Positions 10,537-23,372 are shown, numbered from the stretch's first letter. The stretch is DNA of 64,000 nt from an uncultured delta proteobacterium (GCA_963745025.1 CAVUWD010000016.1:576001-640000); one strand, 5' to 3'. Notes: generated from the letters alone by a model not told the origin. Numbers and translations are program-made.

Positions 10537-11763
10537 ATGCACGTCTCCCTTCGTCACGTCGTGGGTGCGGCCATGGTGCTGCTCGTCGCCGCCACGGCCT
10601 ACGCGTACTGGCGGCATCAGCAAGGCATCGGCGGGGAGGGGTACGTCACCGAGATCGTGCAGCGCGGCTCGGTGGCATCGACCGTGACCGCGAACGGCAC
10701 CGTCAATCCGGTGACGACGGTCCAGGTCGGCACTTACGTCTCGGGCCCCATCAAGGCAATCTATGCGGACTTCAACTCGCGAGTGTCCAAGGGACAGATC
10801 GTCGCCAAGATCGATCCCGCCCCGTTCCAGGTGAAGGTGCAATCGGGCGAGGCCGCGGTCGCCAATGCGCGTGCGCAGGTCGGAAAGGACCGGGCCGATC
10901 TCGCTCTCAAGAAGCTCACGCTCGAGCGCAACCGCCAGCTCCTCGGCAAGAACTTGATCTCGCAGAACGACGTGGACACCGCCAAGAGCAACTACGATCA
11001 GGCCGTCGCCCAGCGCGAGCTCGACGAGGCCCGAGTCGAGCAAGCGTTGGCCGATCTCGAAGCGGCCCGCATCAACCTCGCCTACACGGACATCCGGTCG
11101 CCGGTCGACGGAGTCGTGGTCTCGCGCAACGTCGACGTCGGCCAGACCGTGGCCGCGAGCTTCCAGACGCCCACGCTCTTCCTCATCGCCCAGGATCTCA
11201 CCAAGATGCAGGTCGACACCAACGTCAGTGAATCCGACATCGGCGGCGTCGCCACCGGGCAGTCGGTGGTCTTTCACGTCGACGCCTATCCGGGAAAGGA
11301 TTTCCGCGGCAAGGTCGTGCAAGTGCGAAACGCACCGACGACCGTACAGAACGTGGTCACCTACGACGTGGTGATCGGAGTCGACAATCCCGACCTCGAG
11401 CTCCGTCCCGGCATGACGGCGACGGTCACGATCACGACCGCGCGGCGCGACGACGTGCTGAAGGTGCCGCTGCGGGCTCTGCGCTTTCGACCGAGCCGCG
11501 GCGAGGGCGACCGGCGCTCCGACACGGCCGAGGAGAGCATGGCCAAGGGCACGCGGCCGGACTCGGTATTCGTCGTCCAGCCCGATGGGAGGTTGAGCCG
11601 GGTCAAAGTCGCGACCGGCGTCCGCGACGACCGCTACGCGGAGCTCGTCTCCGGCGAGCTCAAGGACAAGGACGTCGTCGCCGTCGCCTACGAGCGTGCC
11701 GAGACTTCGAGCGCGCCGCCACAGCGGCCTCCTTCCTTTGCCGGCGGCGGGCGACGGTTCTGA
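10537..11763 (+). CDS. macA: MacA-type periplasmic adaptor
   Basis: VQVGTYVSG, IRSPVDGVV, GQTVAASFQTP, LRPGMTA. Confidence 0.9.
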   Translation: MHVSLRHVVGAAMVLLVAATAYAYWRHQQGIGGEGYVTEIVQRGSVASTVTANGTVNPVTTVQVGTYVSGPIKAIYADFNSRVSKGQIVAKIDPAPFQVKVQSGEAAVANARAQVGKDRADLALKKLTLERNRQLLGKNLISQNDVDTAKSNYDQAVAQRELDEARVEQALADLEAARINLAYTDIRSPVDGVVVSRNVDVGQTVAASFQTPTLFLIAQDLTKMQVDTNVSESDIGGVATGQSVVFHVDAYPGKDFRGKVVQVRNAPTTVQNVVTYDVVIGVDNPDLELRPGMTATVTITTARRDDVLKVPLRALRFRPSRGEGDRRSDTAEESMAKGTRPDSVFVVQPDGRLSRVKVATGVRDDRYAELVSGELKDKDVVAVAYERAETSSAPPQRPPSFAGGGRRF

Positions 11764-11766
11764 GCC

Positions 11767-12504
11767 ATGGCGCAGGCGCTGATCGAGATCCGAGACCTCT
11801 GGAAAATCTACGAGCTCGGCGACGTGTCGGTGACGGCGCTCGCGAGCGTCTCGCTCGACGTCCGCTACGGGGAGTTCGTGGCCATCATGGGGTCCTCGGG
11901 CTCGGGCAAATCCACGTTGATGAACATCATCGGCTGCCTCGATCGGCCGACCCGCGGTGCCTACCGTCTCGACGGCGCAGACGTCTCGACGCTCTCCCCC
12001 GATGATCGGGCTGAGATTCGCAACACGAAGATCGGCTTCGTTTTCCAGAACTTCAATCTCGTCCCGCGCACGACGGCCGTGGAGAACGTCGAGCTGCCGC
12101 TCTTCTACGGCGATCTTCCCCTCACCGCCCAGCATGAGCGAGCGCGAGCGGCGTTGGCCTCGGTCGGCCTGATCGGCCGGGAACACCACCTGCCGAATCA
12201 GCTCTCGGGGGGTGAGCAGCAGCGAGTCGCGATCGCCCGCGCCCTGGTCAATCGGCCGCCCCTGCTTCTCGCCGACGAGCCGACGGGCAACCTCGATACC
12301 CGCACGTCGATCGAGATTGTCGGAATCTTCCAGGAGCTCAATCGTTCGCAGGGCATCACCGTCATGGTCGTGACGCACGAGACCGACATCGCGCAGTACG
12401 CCGGCCGAGTCGTCACCTTTCGCGACGGCCGCATCGTCTCGGACGTCGCTCAATCCGCGCAGCGCGCCCGGGCCGATTCCGTCGCCGGGGTGGAGGCATC
12501 GTGA
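11767..12504 (+). CDS. MacB/LolD-type ABC ATP-binding protein
   Basis: GSSGSGKS, LSGGEQQRVAIARAL, ADEPTGNLD. Confidence 0.95.
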   Translation: MAQALIEIRDLWKIYELGDVSVTALASVSLDVRYGEFVAIMGSSGSGKSTLMNIIGCLDRPTRGAYRLDGADVSTLSPDDRAEIRNTKIGFVFQNFNLVPRTTAVENVELPLFYGDLPLTAQHERARAALASVGLIGREHHLPNQLSGGEQQRVAIARALVNRPPLLLADEPTGNLDTRTSIEIVGIFQELNRSQGITVMVVTHETDIAQYAGRVVTFRDGRIVSDVAQSAQRARADSVAGVEAS

Positions 12505-13733
12505 AGCTCCTGCGCATGACGCTTCGCGCGGCGCTCGGCGCGCTGCGGCGAAACAAGATGCGCTCCGCCCTGACCATGCTCGGCATCATCATCGGCGTGG
12601 CTGCGGTGATCACCATGGTGAGCGTCGGTCAGGGCGCAAACGAGGCGGTGCAGAGGGAGATCGAGAGCCTCGGCACGAACCTGTTGATGGTCGTTCCCGG
12701 CGCGACCACTGCGGGCGGCGCTCGCTCGGGCTGGGGCGGCGTGTCGACACTCACGCGGAACGACGCGGAGTCGATCCGGCGCGACTGCCCTTCGGTCGGC
12801 GAGGTCACCTACTTCCGCCGCCAAATCGTGCAAGCGATCTACGGCAATCAAAACTGGTCGACGGTCGCTCAAGGCACCACGCCTTCCTATCCGCGAGTCC
12901 GAGATTGGAACGTGTCCGCGGGAAGCTTCTTTTCCCAGCGTGATGACGACGCCGCCAACCGCGTCGCCGTACTCGGCCAGACCGTGGTCAATCAGCTTTT
13001 CGGGCCCGGAGAGGATCCCGTTGGCGCGATGATTCGCATCAAAGAGGTCCCCTTCACGGTGATCGGCGTGCTCGAATCCAAGGGGCAGTCGAGCTACGGC
13101 CAGGATCAAGACGACGTGGTACTCATGCCATTCAATACCGCCATCCGCCGCGTGGTCGGCACGCAATTCGTCGGCACCGTCGACATGATCTTCGTCTCTG
13201 CCGCATCGAATGGCGAGATCGAGCAGGCGCAGGCGGAGATCCACGATCTCTTGCTGGAGCGCCACCACATCCAGAAAGGACAGGACGACGACTTCACGGT
13301 GCGCAACCTGAACGAGATCGCCAAGGCGCGCGAGAGCGCGAGTCAGGTGATGACAACGCTCCTCCTGTCGGTCGCCTCGATCTCGCTGCTCGTCGGCGGG
13401 ATCGGCATCATGAACATCCTGCTGGTCTCCGTGACCGAGCGTACGCGCGAGATCGGTATCCGCATGGCGATCGGCGCCAAGGCACGGCACATCCTGCTTC
13501 AGTTCCTGGTCGAGGCGATCACCTTGAGCACCGTCGGAGGGCTCGCCGGAGCGTTGCTCGGCATCGCCGGCGCCGAGGCGATCTCCTTTTTCGCGAGCTG
13601 GCCGACCGTGGTGTCACCGACCGCGATCCTCGGCTCGGTCGTCTTCTCGGGCGCGGTCGGTGTCTTCTTCGGTTTCTACCCCGCCCGCAAGGCCTCGCGG
13701 CTCGACCCGATCCTGGCGTTGCGTTACGAGTGA
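12501..13733 (+). CDS. MacB-type ABC permease
   Basis: RSALTMLGIIIG, GIGIMNILLVSVTERTREIGIR, PARKASRLDPI. Confidence 0.95.
   Translation: MKLLRMTLRAALGALRRNKMRSALTMLGIIIGVAAVITMVSVGQGANEAVQREIESLGTNLLMVVPGATTAGGARSGWGGVSTLTRNDAESIRRDCPSVGEVTYFRRQIVQAIYGNQNWSTVAQGTTPSYPRVRDWNVSAGSFFSQRDDDAANRVAVLGQTVVNQLFGPGEDPVGAMIRIKEVPFTVIGVLESKGQSSYGQDQDDVVLMPFNTAIRRVVGTQFVGTVDMIFVSAASNGEIEQAQAEIHDLLLERHHIQKGQDDDFTVRNLNEIAKARESASQVMTTLLLSVASISLLVGGIGIMNILLVSVTERTREIGIRMAIGAKARHILLQFLVEAITLSTVGGLAGALLGIAGAEAISFFASWPTVVSPTAILGSVVFSGAVGVFFGFYPARKASRLDPILALRYE
13694..13733 (+). repeat. 40-bp direct repeat A (permease 3' end), copy 1
   Basis: 39/40 identical to 21959-21998. Confidence 0.9.
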
Positions 13734-13873
13734 CCCGCAGCCGAGCCGCACACCGTTTGCTTGCGTGGTGTCGCTCGGGTTCGTCGCGGCGCGGTGGCGC
13801 CGCCGCGAGAGCCGGCGCCCTTCGCCAGTCGCCCCCTCCGGGGTGCCGACCACGCGCACCCGAGCTCGGCGCG

Positions 13874-13913
13874 TTGATTGAACGACCGACACGGGATATG
13901 TGAATGTACATAT
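13874..13913 (+). promoter_or_regulatory. Sigma-70-like promoter TTGATT-N17-TATGTG overlapped by palindrome ATATGT-N6-ACATAT (probable MarR operator)
   Basis: AT-rich palindrome at 13896-13913 immediately before the marR-like gene. Confidence 0.6.
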
Positions 13914-14406
13914 GTTGCTTAAGCAAGCAATTGCGTCGAACGAGCACATCGGCTTCCTGATCGCCGCGGCGCGACGCCGCATCAATCAGGCGCTCGGCGG
14001 GCGCCTGCGACGCTATCGGCTCACGCCGCGGCAGTTCTGGATCCTGATCGCGGTCCACGAACATCCCGGTTTTTCGCTGACGGAGATCGTGGCTCATCTA
14101 CGAATGGACTATCCCACGGCGTCGCGGGTGGTCTTCGCGCTGCGGCGTCGAAGGCTCGTCGCCGTCCGAGAGGACCCGAAGGATAGGCGCCGTTCGCGCT
14201 TGTATCTCGGGCCGGTCGGCGCGACTCTGGCCGCCGAGCTGCATGAGATCGCCGTGTCGATCCGCGGCGCGGTAACGCAAGGACTGAGCGGGTCCGAGCG
14301 CGAGGCGCTGCGCGCCTTGCTCGGCACGATCATCGCCAACATGGATCGATTCCATGACGGTCGACGCACGCACCCGCCGAACCCGGTGAAGAGGGCGACA
14401 CGGTGA
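13912..14406 (+). CDS. MarR family regulator
   Basis: LTPRQFWIL, winged-HTH pattern, DPKDRR. Confidence 0.9.
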   Translation: MLLKQAIASNEHIGFLIAAARRRINQALGGRLRRYRLTPRQFWILIAVHEHPGFSLTEIVAHLRMDYPTASRVVFALRRRRLVAVREDPKDRRRSRLYLGPVGATLAAELHEIAVSIRGAVTQGLSGSEREALRALLGTIIANMDRFHDGRRTHPPNPVKRATR

Positions 14407-15644
14407 GCCTACCAAAGCCCTTCGACCGCGGATCGCCCGGCCCGTCCCAAGCGGTGCGCGACCCCGAGGCGCCGTCGCGCCCCGGAGCCCGGGTGCGGCT
14501 CTTGGCGGTCGCCGTGTTACTCGTCGCGGGCATCGGATACGCGTTTTACCGAGCGTCGGCGGAGCGTGCGGCCGCCGGCGCGGCCGCGCGCTCCGCCGCC
14601 CGAAGCGTACCCGTCGTCGCGGTCCCGGCACGCCGCGGAGACATACCGATCGCGCTCTCCGGTCTCGGCACGGTGACGGCGTTCAACACGGTCACGGTGC
14701 GAAGCCGGGTCGACGGGCAGCTCGTCAAGGTGGCCTTTCAGGAAGGACAATTCGTCAAGCAAGGCGAGCTGCTCGCGGAGATCGATCCACGCCCCTTCCA
14801 GGCGCAGCTCACGCAGACCGAAGGCCAGCACGCGCGCGACCTCGCCCAGCTGAAGGACGCACGCATCAACCTCGAGCGGTATCGGCAGCTTCTCGAGAAG
14901 CAGTTCATCTCGAAGCAGCAGTACGACGACCAAGCGGCCAGTGTCGGCCAGTTCGAGGGGGCGGTGAAGGCAGACGAGGGAGCGATCGCCAACGCCGAGC
15001 TGCAGCTCGTCTACTCCAAGATCACCGCGCCGATCGGCGGCCGCATCGGCCTGCGGTTGGTCGACGTCGGCAACATGGTCCACGCCGCCGACCCGACCGG
15101 CCTCGTCGTCATCACCCAGGTCCAGCCGATCGCCGCCGTGTTCACGATCCCGGAGGACGATCTGCCGTCGCTCCTGTCGCGACTGCGCGCCGGAGAGCGT
15201 CTCCCGGTCGAAGCGTACGATCGCTCGGGCAACACGAAAATCGCGACGGGCGAGCTGCTCACCGCCGACAACCAGATCGATCCAACCACCGGCACCGTGA
15301 AGCTCAAGGCGGTCTTCGCCAACGAGGATCACGCGCTGTTTCCGAACCAGTTCGTCAACGTGCGCTTGCTGCTCGACGTTCGGAAGGACGCAACGATCAT
15401 CCCGGCGGCGGCGATCCAGCGCGGGCCGCGGGGAACCTTCGTCTACGTGGTCAGGCCCGACCAGACGGCCGAGGTGCGCGCGATCCGCGTCGGGATCATG
15501 GAAGGGGCCGAGGTGTCCGTCGACTCCGGCCTCTCCGTGGACGAACTCACGGTCGTCGACGGAGCCGACAAGCTCAAAGCGGGCAGCAGCGTCCAGCTTC
15601 AGAAGCCCGAAGCGAGCGGCGCGAGCGCGAAGTCGAGCCGGTGA
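14403..15644 (+). CDS. mdtA: MdtA/MuxA RND periplasmic adaptor
   Basis: [43 protein letters not shown]. Confidence 0.9.
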   Translation: MSLPKPFDRGSPGPSQAVRDPEAPSRPGARVRLLAVAVLLVAGIGYAFYRASAERAAAGAAARSAARSVPVVAVPARRGDIPIALSGLGTVTAFNTVTVRSRVDGQLVKVAFQEGQFVKQGELLAEIDPRPFQAQLTQTEGQHARDLAQLKDARINLERYRQLLEKQFISKQQYDDQAASVGQFEGAVKADEGAIANAELQLVYSKITAPIGGRIGLRLVDVGNMVHAADPTGLVVITQVQPIAAVFTIPEDDLPSLLSRLRAGERLPVEAYDRSGNTKIATGELLTADNQIDPTTGTVKLKAVFANEDHALFPNQFVNVRLLLDVRKDATIIPAAAIQRGPRGTFVYVVRPDQTAEVRAIRVGIMEGAEVSVDSGLSVDELTVVDGADKLKAGSSVQLQKPEASGASAKSSR

Positions 15645-18600
15645 ACCCGTCGCGCTTGTTCATCCTGCGGCCGGTCGCCACCTCGCTCCTGATGGCGGCG
15701 ATCCTGCTCGCGGGCCTGGTCGCGTACCGTGAGCTTCCGGTCTCGGCGCTCCCGCAGGTCGACTATCCGACCATTCAGGTGCTGACCTTCTACCCCGGGG
15801 CGAGCCCCGACGTCATGGCGTCTTCCGTGACGGCGCCGCTCGAGCGGCAGTTCGGCCAGGTGCCGGGTCTCAATCAGATGACATCGACGAGCTCGCTCGG
15901 CAGCTCGGTCGTCACGCTGCAGTTCGCCCTCGATCTCTCGATCGACGTCGCCGAGCAGGAGGTTCAGGCCGCGATCAACGCGGCTGGCACGTTCTTGCCG
16001 CGCGACCTGCCGAATCCGCCGATCTACAGCAAGGTGAATCCGGCGGACACGCCGATCCTGACGCTGGCGCTCACCTCGCGGACGCTGCCGCTTCCCAAGG
16101 TGCAGGACCTCGCCGACACACGGCTTGCGCAGAAGATCTCGCAGCTCCCGGGCGTGGGCTTCGTCTCGATCAGCGGCGGCCAGAAACCCGCGGTGCGCGT
16201 GCGCGCCAACCCGAGCGCGCTCGCCTCCTATGGCCTCGGCCTCGAAGACGTGCGCGCCGCGCTGGCACAGGCGAACGTCAACCAAGCGAAGGGAAGCTTC
16301 GACGGCGAGCGGCAGGCCTACACGATCGGCGCGAACGATCAGATCTCGGCGAGCGCGGACTACAAGCCCCTCGTGATCGCGTATCGCAACGGCGCCCCGG
16401 TGCGGCTCTCGGACGTGGCCGACGTCGTCGACGACGCCGAGAACGTCGAGCAAGCGGCGTGGAGCGGCACCACCCCCGCCGTCATCGTCAACATCCAGCG
16501 GCAGCCCGGCGCCAACATCATCAGCGTCGTCGACCGCGTGCAGGCGGCTCTTGCCGCAGCTCACGGCGTCGCTGCCCTCGTCGATCGACGTCTCCGTCTT
16601 GACCGACCGCACGACCACCATCCGCGCGTCGGTTCGCGACGTCGAGTTCGAGCTCTCGTTGACCGTCGTGCTCGTCGTGCTCGTCATCTTCCTATTCCTG
16701 CGCAACGTCTCGGCGACCATCATTCCGAGCGTCGCCGTGCCGCTGTCGCTCGTCGGCACCTTCGGCGTCATGTACCTGCTCGGCTACAGCCTCGACAATC
16801 TCTCGCTGATGGCGCTGACGATCTCGACCGGCTTCGTCGTCGACGACGCGATCGTGATGATCGAGAACATCGCGCGCTTCATCGAGGAGGGTGACCGGCC
16901 GCTCGAGGCGGCGCTCAAGGGCTCGCAGCAGATCGGCTTCACGATCGTTTCGCTCACCGTCTCGCTGATCGCCGTGCTGATTCCGCTGCTCTTCATGGGC
17001 GACATCGTCGGCCGCCTCTTCCGCGAGTTCGCCGTCACGCTGAGCGTGACGATCCTGGTGTCCGCGGTCGTGTCGCTGACGCTCACGCCGATGATGTCGG
17101 CGAGGCTGCTGCGCCCGCCCTCCGAGCAGGGGCGATTCTATGCGCGCTTCGGAACGGTTCTTTCGCGCGATGATCGACGGCTACGCGCCAGTCCCTCCGC
17201 TGGGTGCTCGGTCACCAGACGCTCACGCTGTGGGTCGCCGCCGCGACGCTGGTCGCGACACTGCTCCTCTACGTGGTCGTTCCGAAGGGCTTCTTCCCGG
17301 TGCAGGACACCGGCGTGATACTCGGCGTCTCCGAGGCGCCGCAGACCATCTCGTTCGCGGCGATGGCCGAGCGGCAGCAGCAGCTCGCCGAAGTCGTGCT
17401 GCGGGATCCGGCGGTCGAGAGCCTCTCTTCGTTCATCGGCGTCGACGGCACGAACACGACCCTGAACAGCGGCCGGATGCAGATCAACTTGAAGCCGCTC
17501 GAGGAGCGACGCACGAGCGCCGTCGACGTCATCCGCCGCCTGCAGCCGGAGCTCGCCCTCGTGAAGGGCATCACGCTCTTCCTCCAGCCGGTCCAGGACC
17601 TGACGATCGAAGACCGCGTGAGCCGCACGCAGTTCCAGTTGAGCCTCGAGTCTGCCGACGCGGCCGACCTCGCGGTTTGGGTCCCCGGCTCGTCGACAAG
17701 CTCGCGGCGCTCGCCGAGCTCCGCGACGTGGCGAGCGATCAGCAGAACGGCGGCTTGGAGGCGTCGCTGGTGATCGATCGTGACACGGCCTCGCGGCTCG
17801 GGGTCACGCCCCAGATGATCGACGACACGCTCTACACGGCGTTCGGCCAGCGCCAGGTCTCGACGATCTTCACCCAGCTGAACCAGTACCACGTGGTGCT
17901 GAGGTCGCCCCGCGCTTCGCGCAAAACCCCGACTCCCTGAAGGACATCTACGTCGGCACGGCGAGCGGCGCACAGGTGCCGCTATCGGTCTTCACTCACT
18001 TCGAGGCCAAGAGCGCCCCGCTCGCTGATCAACCACCAGGGCCAATTTCCGGCCGTCACCGTGTCCTTCAATCTCGCCCCCGGGGCTTCGCTTGGCCAGG
18101 CGGTCGACGCGATCGCCGCCGCCGAGCGCGCGATCGGCCTCCCCGCGTCGATCCACCCGAGCTTCCAGGGAACCGCGCAGGCGTTCCAGGCCTCGCTCAC
18201 GAACGAGCCGTTGCTGATCCTGGCTGCCTTGGTGACCGTCTACATCGTGCTCGGCGTCCTCTACGAGAGCTACATCCATCCGATCACGATCCTCTCGACG
18301 CTGCCCTCGGCCGGAGTCGGCGCGATCCTCGCGCTGCTCGCCTGCCGCAACGATCTCGGCGTCATCGCGCTGATCGGCATCATCCTGTTGATCGGGATCG
18401 TCAAGAAGAACGCCATCATGATGATCGACTTCGCGCTCGAGGCCGAGCGCAAGGACGGCAAGCGCGCCGAAGACGCGATCTACGAAGCATGCCTGCTGCG
18501 TTTCCGCCCGATCATGATGACCACCATGGCGGCCCTGCTCGGCGCGCTGCCGCTCGCGACCGGCACCGGAACGGGCTCCGAGCTTCGCCATCCTCTGGGG

Positions 18601-18753
18601 ATCACGATCGTCGGCGGGCTTCTGGTTTCCCAGCTCCTCACGCTCTACACCACGCCCGTCGTCTACCTGGCGTTCGACCGCTTGGCGAAGCGGTTCGCCG
18701 GACGGCGGGTCGACAGCTTCCTCCGGGAAGAAGCGGAGCCGGACGGCGCGTGA
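15641..18753 (+). CDS. mdtB: MdtB/MuxB RND transporter (frameshifted)
   Basis: [27 protein letters not shown] and [14 protein letters not shown] over several frames. Confidence 0.88.
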
Positions 18754-21700
18754 GCATCTCCGAGCCATTCATCCGCCGACCGGTGGCGACGTCGCTGTTG
18801 ACGATCGCGTTGGCGCTCGGCGGCATCGTCGGCTTCCGTCTGCTCCCGGTCGCACCGCTTCCCCAAGTGGAGTTCCCGACGATCTCGGTCTCCGCGAACC
18901 TGCCGGGGCGAGCCCCGAGACGATGGCCTCGCGGTGGCCATGCCGCTCGAGCGGCAGTTCGGGCGGATCGCCGGCGTCACCGAGATGACCTCGACGAGCT
19001 ACCTCGGCTCGACGTCGGTCACCCTGCAGTTCGATCTCGGCCGCTCGATCGACGCCGCGGCGCGCGACGTGCAGGCGGCGATCAACGCGGCTCGAGGCCA
19101 GCTGCCGACGAACCTTCCGAACAACCCGACCTACCGCAAGATGAATCCCGCCGAGCGCGCCGATCCTGATCTTCGCGCTCACTTCCGACGACGTGGACAC
19201 CGCCCGGATGTACGACGCGGCCTCGTCGATCCTGCAGCAGAAGCTCTCGCAGGTGGAGGGGGTGGGCCAGGTGATCGTCGGCGGCAGCTCGCTCCCGGCG
19301 GTGCGTGTCGAGCTGAACCTGCCCGCCCTCAACCGTTACGGAATCAGCCTCGACCAGGTCGCGGCGGCGCTCGGAGCGGCGAACGCCAACCGCCCAAAGG
19401 GCGCGCTGGCCGACGGCACCACGCGCTGGCAGATCACCACGACGGATCAGCTGCTGCGCGCGGAGCAATACCGGCCGCTCATCGTCGCCGTTCGAAACGG
19501 CGCCGCCGGTGCGCCTGTCGGACGTCGGAGAGGTCGACGACTCGGTCGAGAACCTGCGCAACGCCGGCCTCTCCAACGGCAAGCCCGCCGTCTTGCTGAT
19601 CCTCTTCGCCCAGCCCGGCGCCAACATCATCGACACCGTCGAGCGCGTGCTCGGCCTCATGCCGCAGCTCGAAGCTTCGATCCCCGCGGCCATCCGCCTC
19701 TCGGTCGTCATGGATCGGACGACGACGATTCGGGCGTCGATCCGCGACGTCGAGTTCGCGCTCACCGTGTCGATCGCTCTCGTGGTGCTCGTCGTGTTCG
19801 TCTTCCTGCGCGACCTGCGGGCGACGCTCATTCCGTCGATCGTCGTGCCGCTGTCGCTGGTCGGCACGTTCGGGGCGATGTACCTGCTCGGCTACAGCCT
19901 CGACAATCTCTCGCTGATGGCGCTGACGATCTCGACGGGCTTCGTCGTCGACGACGCGATCGTGGTGATCGAGAACATCACCCGCTACCTGGAGAAGGGA
20001 CTGTCTCCCGTCGAGGCGGCGCTGCGCGGCTCGCGCGAGATCGGCATTCACGGTCTTGTCGATGAGCGCGTCGCTGGTCGCGGTCTTCATCCCGATCCTG
20101 CTGATGGGCGGGATCGTCGGTCGCTCTTCCGCGAATTCGCGGTGACGCTGTCGGTCGCGATCGTCGTCTCGCTCGTCGTCTCGCTCACCACGACCCCGAT
20201 GATGTGCGCCAAGCTGCTGCGCCCGGAGCGGGAGCGACGGCATGGGCGCCTCTACCGAGTCTTCGAGCGGGCCTTCGAGCGGGTCGTCGAGCGATACGCG
20301 GCGGGTCTCCGCCGGGTGCTCCGCCATCCTCGGCTCACGCTCGCCGTCACCGTGCTGACGGTTTGCGTGAACGTCTATCTCTACGCAGTCGTGCCCAAGG
20401 GGTTCTTCCCCGATCAGGACACGGGCCGCCTGATGGGCGGGATCCAGGGTGCGCAGGATGTTTCGTTCCAGGCGCTCGAAAAGAAGCTCGCGCAGTTCGT
20501 GGACATCGTCATGTCGGATCCAGCCGTTGACACACTGGTCGGATTTACCGGCGGACAGGGCGGGACGACCAACACCGGGCGGATGTTCGTCGCTCTGAAA
20601 CCGATCGAAGAGCGGAAGCTTTCGGCCGCGGAGGTAATCGGGCGACTCCGCGGCAAGCTCGCGCGGGTACCCGGAGCAACTCTCTTCCTGCAATCGGTGC
20701 AGGACATCCGCGCGGGCGGCCGCCTGGGCAATGCCGCGTACCAGTACACCCTGCGAGGTGACGACCTGAACGAACTGAACGACTGGTCCCAGCGCATGCT
20801 CGAGGAGCTTCGCAGATTGCCGCTGCTGGCCGACGTGAGCACCGATCAGCAAAACGGCGGATTGGAGGCGGGGCTGGTCATCGACCGCGACACGGCGTCA
20901 CGGCTGGGCATCACGCCGGCGATGATTGACAGCGCGCTCTACGACGCCTTCGGCCAGCGCCAGGTTTCCACGATGTACACGCCGCTCAACCAGTACCACG
21001 TCGTGATGGAGGCGGCGCCGCGCTTCTTGCAGAGGCCCGACTCGCTGAAGGACATCTACGTCGCCTCGCGGAGCGGCGCGGCGGTGCCGCTCGTCAGCGT
21101 TCACGCACTACGCGCCGCGAAGCGCCGCGCTGGCGGTGAATCACCAGGGCCAGTTTCCCGCCGTCACGCTCTCTTTCAATCTGGCGCCCGGAATCGCGCT
21201 CGGTCAGGCTGTGGACGCAATCGACGCGGTCGCGCGCCGCATGGGCTTGCCGGCGAGCATCCATCCGAGCTTTCAGGGCACCGCGCAGGCGTTTCAGTCC
21301 TCGCTCGCCAACGAGCCGCTGCTGATTCTCGCGGCGCTGGTCGCGGTCTACATCGTGCTCGGCGTGCTCTACGAAAGCTACGATCCATCCGATCACGATC
21401 CTCTCGACGCTGCCGTCGGCCGGCGTCGGCGCCCTCGTCGCGCTGCTGCTTTGCCGCACCGATCTCAGCGTGATCGCGCTGATCGGAATCATCTTGCTGA
21501 TCGGCATCGTCAAGAAGAACGCGATCATGATGATCGACTTCGCGCTCGAGGCGGAGCGGAGGAAGGCAAGCCTCCCGAAGAGGCGATCTACGAGGCGTGC
21601 CTCCTGCGCTTCCGGCCGATCCTGATGACGACGATGGCGGCTCTGTTCGGCGGCTTGCCGCTGGCGCTCGGTACCGGTACCGGATCCGAGTTCCGCCGCC

Positions 21701-21860
21701 CGCTCGGTATCACCATCGTCGGGGGCCTCGTACTTTCAGCCAGCTCCTCACCCTCTACACGACCCCGGTGATCTACCTCTATCTCGATCGTCTGCGCCTG
21801 TGGCTCGGCCGCCCGCATCGCTCGCGCAGGTCGCAAGCATGGCTCCGCTCGCACGCGTGA
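18750..21860 (+). CDS. mdtC: MdtC/MuxC RND transporter (frameshifted)
   Basis: GTG start [14 protein letters not shown] overlaps the mdtB stop; [17 protein letters not shown] and [11 protein letters not shown]. Confidence 0.88.
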
Positions 21861-21894
21861 AACAGTGCCCGCCGGGCTGGAAGGTAGGTCACGA

Positions 21895-21929
21895 ATCGCT
21901 CCCGTTGGTCGCGGACCGTCTCCGGCCGA
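21895..21929 (+). repeat. Direct repeat B, copy 1 (ATCGCTCCCGTTGGTCGCG..)
   Basis: 33/35 identical to 23471-23505. Confidence 0.85.
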
Positions 21930-21958
21930 CGCAGCCTGTCGAGCGGGCTTCGAACTGG

Positions 21959-21998
21959 CTCGCGGCTCGACCCGATCCTGGCGTTGCGCTACGAGTGA
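21959..21998 (+). repeat. 40-bp direct repeat A, copy 2 (orphan permease 3' end SRLDPILALRYE*)
   Basis: 39/40 identical to 13694-13733. Confidence 0.9.
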
Positions 21999-22040
21999 GC
22001 CGTCGCTCCCCGGAGCGAGCCCATCGAGGGGGGGTCAAAC

Positions 22041-23121
22041 ATGGAGTTCGGAGTCTTCGTCGCCACCAAGATCGACGACTGGCAGCTCATCCAACACGCC
22101 GAGAATCTCGGCTACGACCGCGCCTGGATCCCCGACTCGCAAATGATCTGGTCGGATTGCTACGCCACGCTCGCGCTTGCCGCGCACAATACCAAGCGCA
22201 TCAAGCTCGGCACCGGCGTCGCCATCCCCGGCACGCGCATCGCTCCGGTGACCGCGCACTCGATCGCCTCGATCAACCGAATCGCCCCGGGCCGCGTCTT
22301 TCTCGGCATCGGCACCGGCCACACGGCGATGCGCGTCATGGGCATGGATCCGATGAAGATCCGCGAGTTCCGCGAATACCTCCGCGTCGTCCGCACGCTG
22401 CTGCGCGGCGAGGAGGTCGACGTACACGCTGAACGGCGTGACCCGAGCGATCCGCTTCCTCCATCAGGATCTCGGCTTCCTCGATCTCACCCATCCGATC
22501 CCGATCTACGTGGCGGCCAACGGGCCCATGGCACTGCGTGCCGTCGGCGAGTTCGGCGACGGACTGGTGTCCGTCGGGAACGAGATCCCGCAGGTGCTGG
22601 CATCCCACATGGCCGGGATCAGCGAAGGAGCGAAGCGCGTCGACCGCGCGCTGCCGAAGGACTTTCACACGGCCACGCTGACCTCCGCGGTCGTGCTGCG
22701 TCCCGGCGAAAAGGCCGGCTCGGACCGCGTGGTCGAGCAATGCGGCTCGCAAGTCGCCGCCGTGCTCCACTTCGCTTACGAGATCGTCAAGCTCACCAAG
22801 AACGAGGCGGCGATCCCGCAGGGCTTCGAGGACGTCTGGCAAGAATACTGCGATCACGTCGAGAAAATGGAGACGCCGAAAGAGAAGCGCTACCTGCAGC
22901 TGCACAACGGCCACTGCACGTTCCTCATGCCCGAGGAGCGCCGCTTCGTGACCGAGAAGACGATCCGCGCCTCCATGCTCGTGGGTGAGCCGGACGAGCT
23001 CGTCGCCCGCATCCGCGAAGCCGAGAAGAGCGGCCTCAAGGAGGTCGGCCTACTGCCCCCGATGGCCGCGGCACGCACGGTCTTCAAGGAGTTCGCCGAG
23101 CAGGTGATTCGTCGCTATTGA
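22041..23121 (+). CDS. LLM-class flavin-dependent oxidoreductase (one frameshift near 22425)
   Basis: AENLGYDRAWIPDSQ, IKLGTGVA, GRVFLGIGTG, IYVAANGP. Confidence 0.88.
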
Positions 23122-23127
23122 CCGTCG

Positions 23128-23367
23128 ATGAGCGCCGAACCGCAAGCCGAGATCGCCTGGTATCACCGGCCCGTCGCCATCGTGCTCCTCGCCGTGTTCG
23201 TGCTCGGGCCGCTGGCCCTCCCGCTCGTATGGCGGACTCCAGCCTGGGGGCCGCGAGGACGCTGGATCGCGACCGCGCTGATCCTCGTCTTCACGGTCCT
23301 ACTCTGCTGGCAAGTCTGGGTCGCCGTCCGGATGGCGCTCGAGGAGATGCAGGGGCTCAAACAATGA
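23128..23367 (+). CDS. Small two-TM membrane protein
   Basis: WYHRP..VLGPLALPLVW, followed by a second hydrophobic helix. Confidence 0.7.
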   Translation: MSAEPQAEIAWYHRPVAIVLLAVFVLGPLALPLVWRTPAWGPRGRWIATALILVFTVLLCWQVWVAVRMALEEMQGLKQ

Positions 23368-23372
23368 GACGA

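Noticed and set aside
10135-12453. Long antisense ORFs such as the 772-aa ORF here, 43186-45054 and 53800-55410
   Set aside because: They are shadows of well-supported genes on the opposite strand in high-GC DNA and carry no recognisable motifs.
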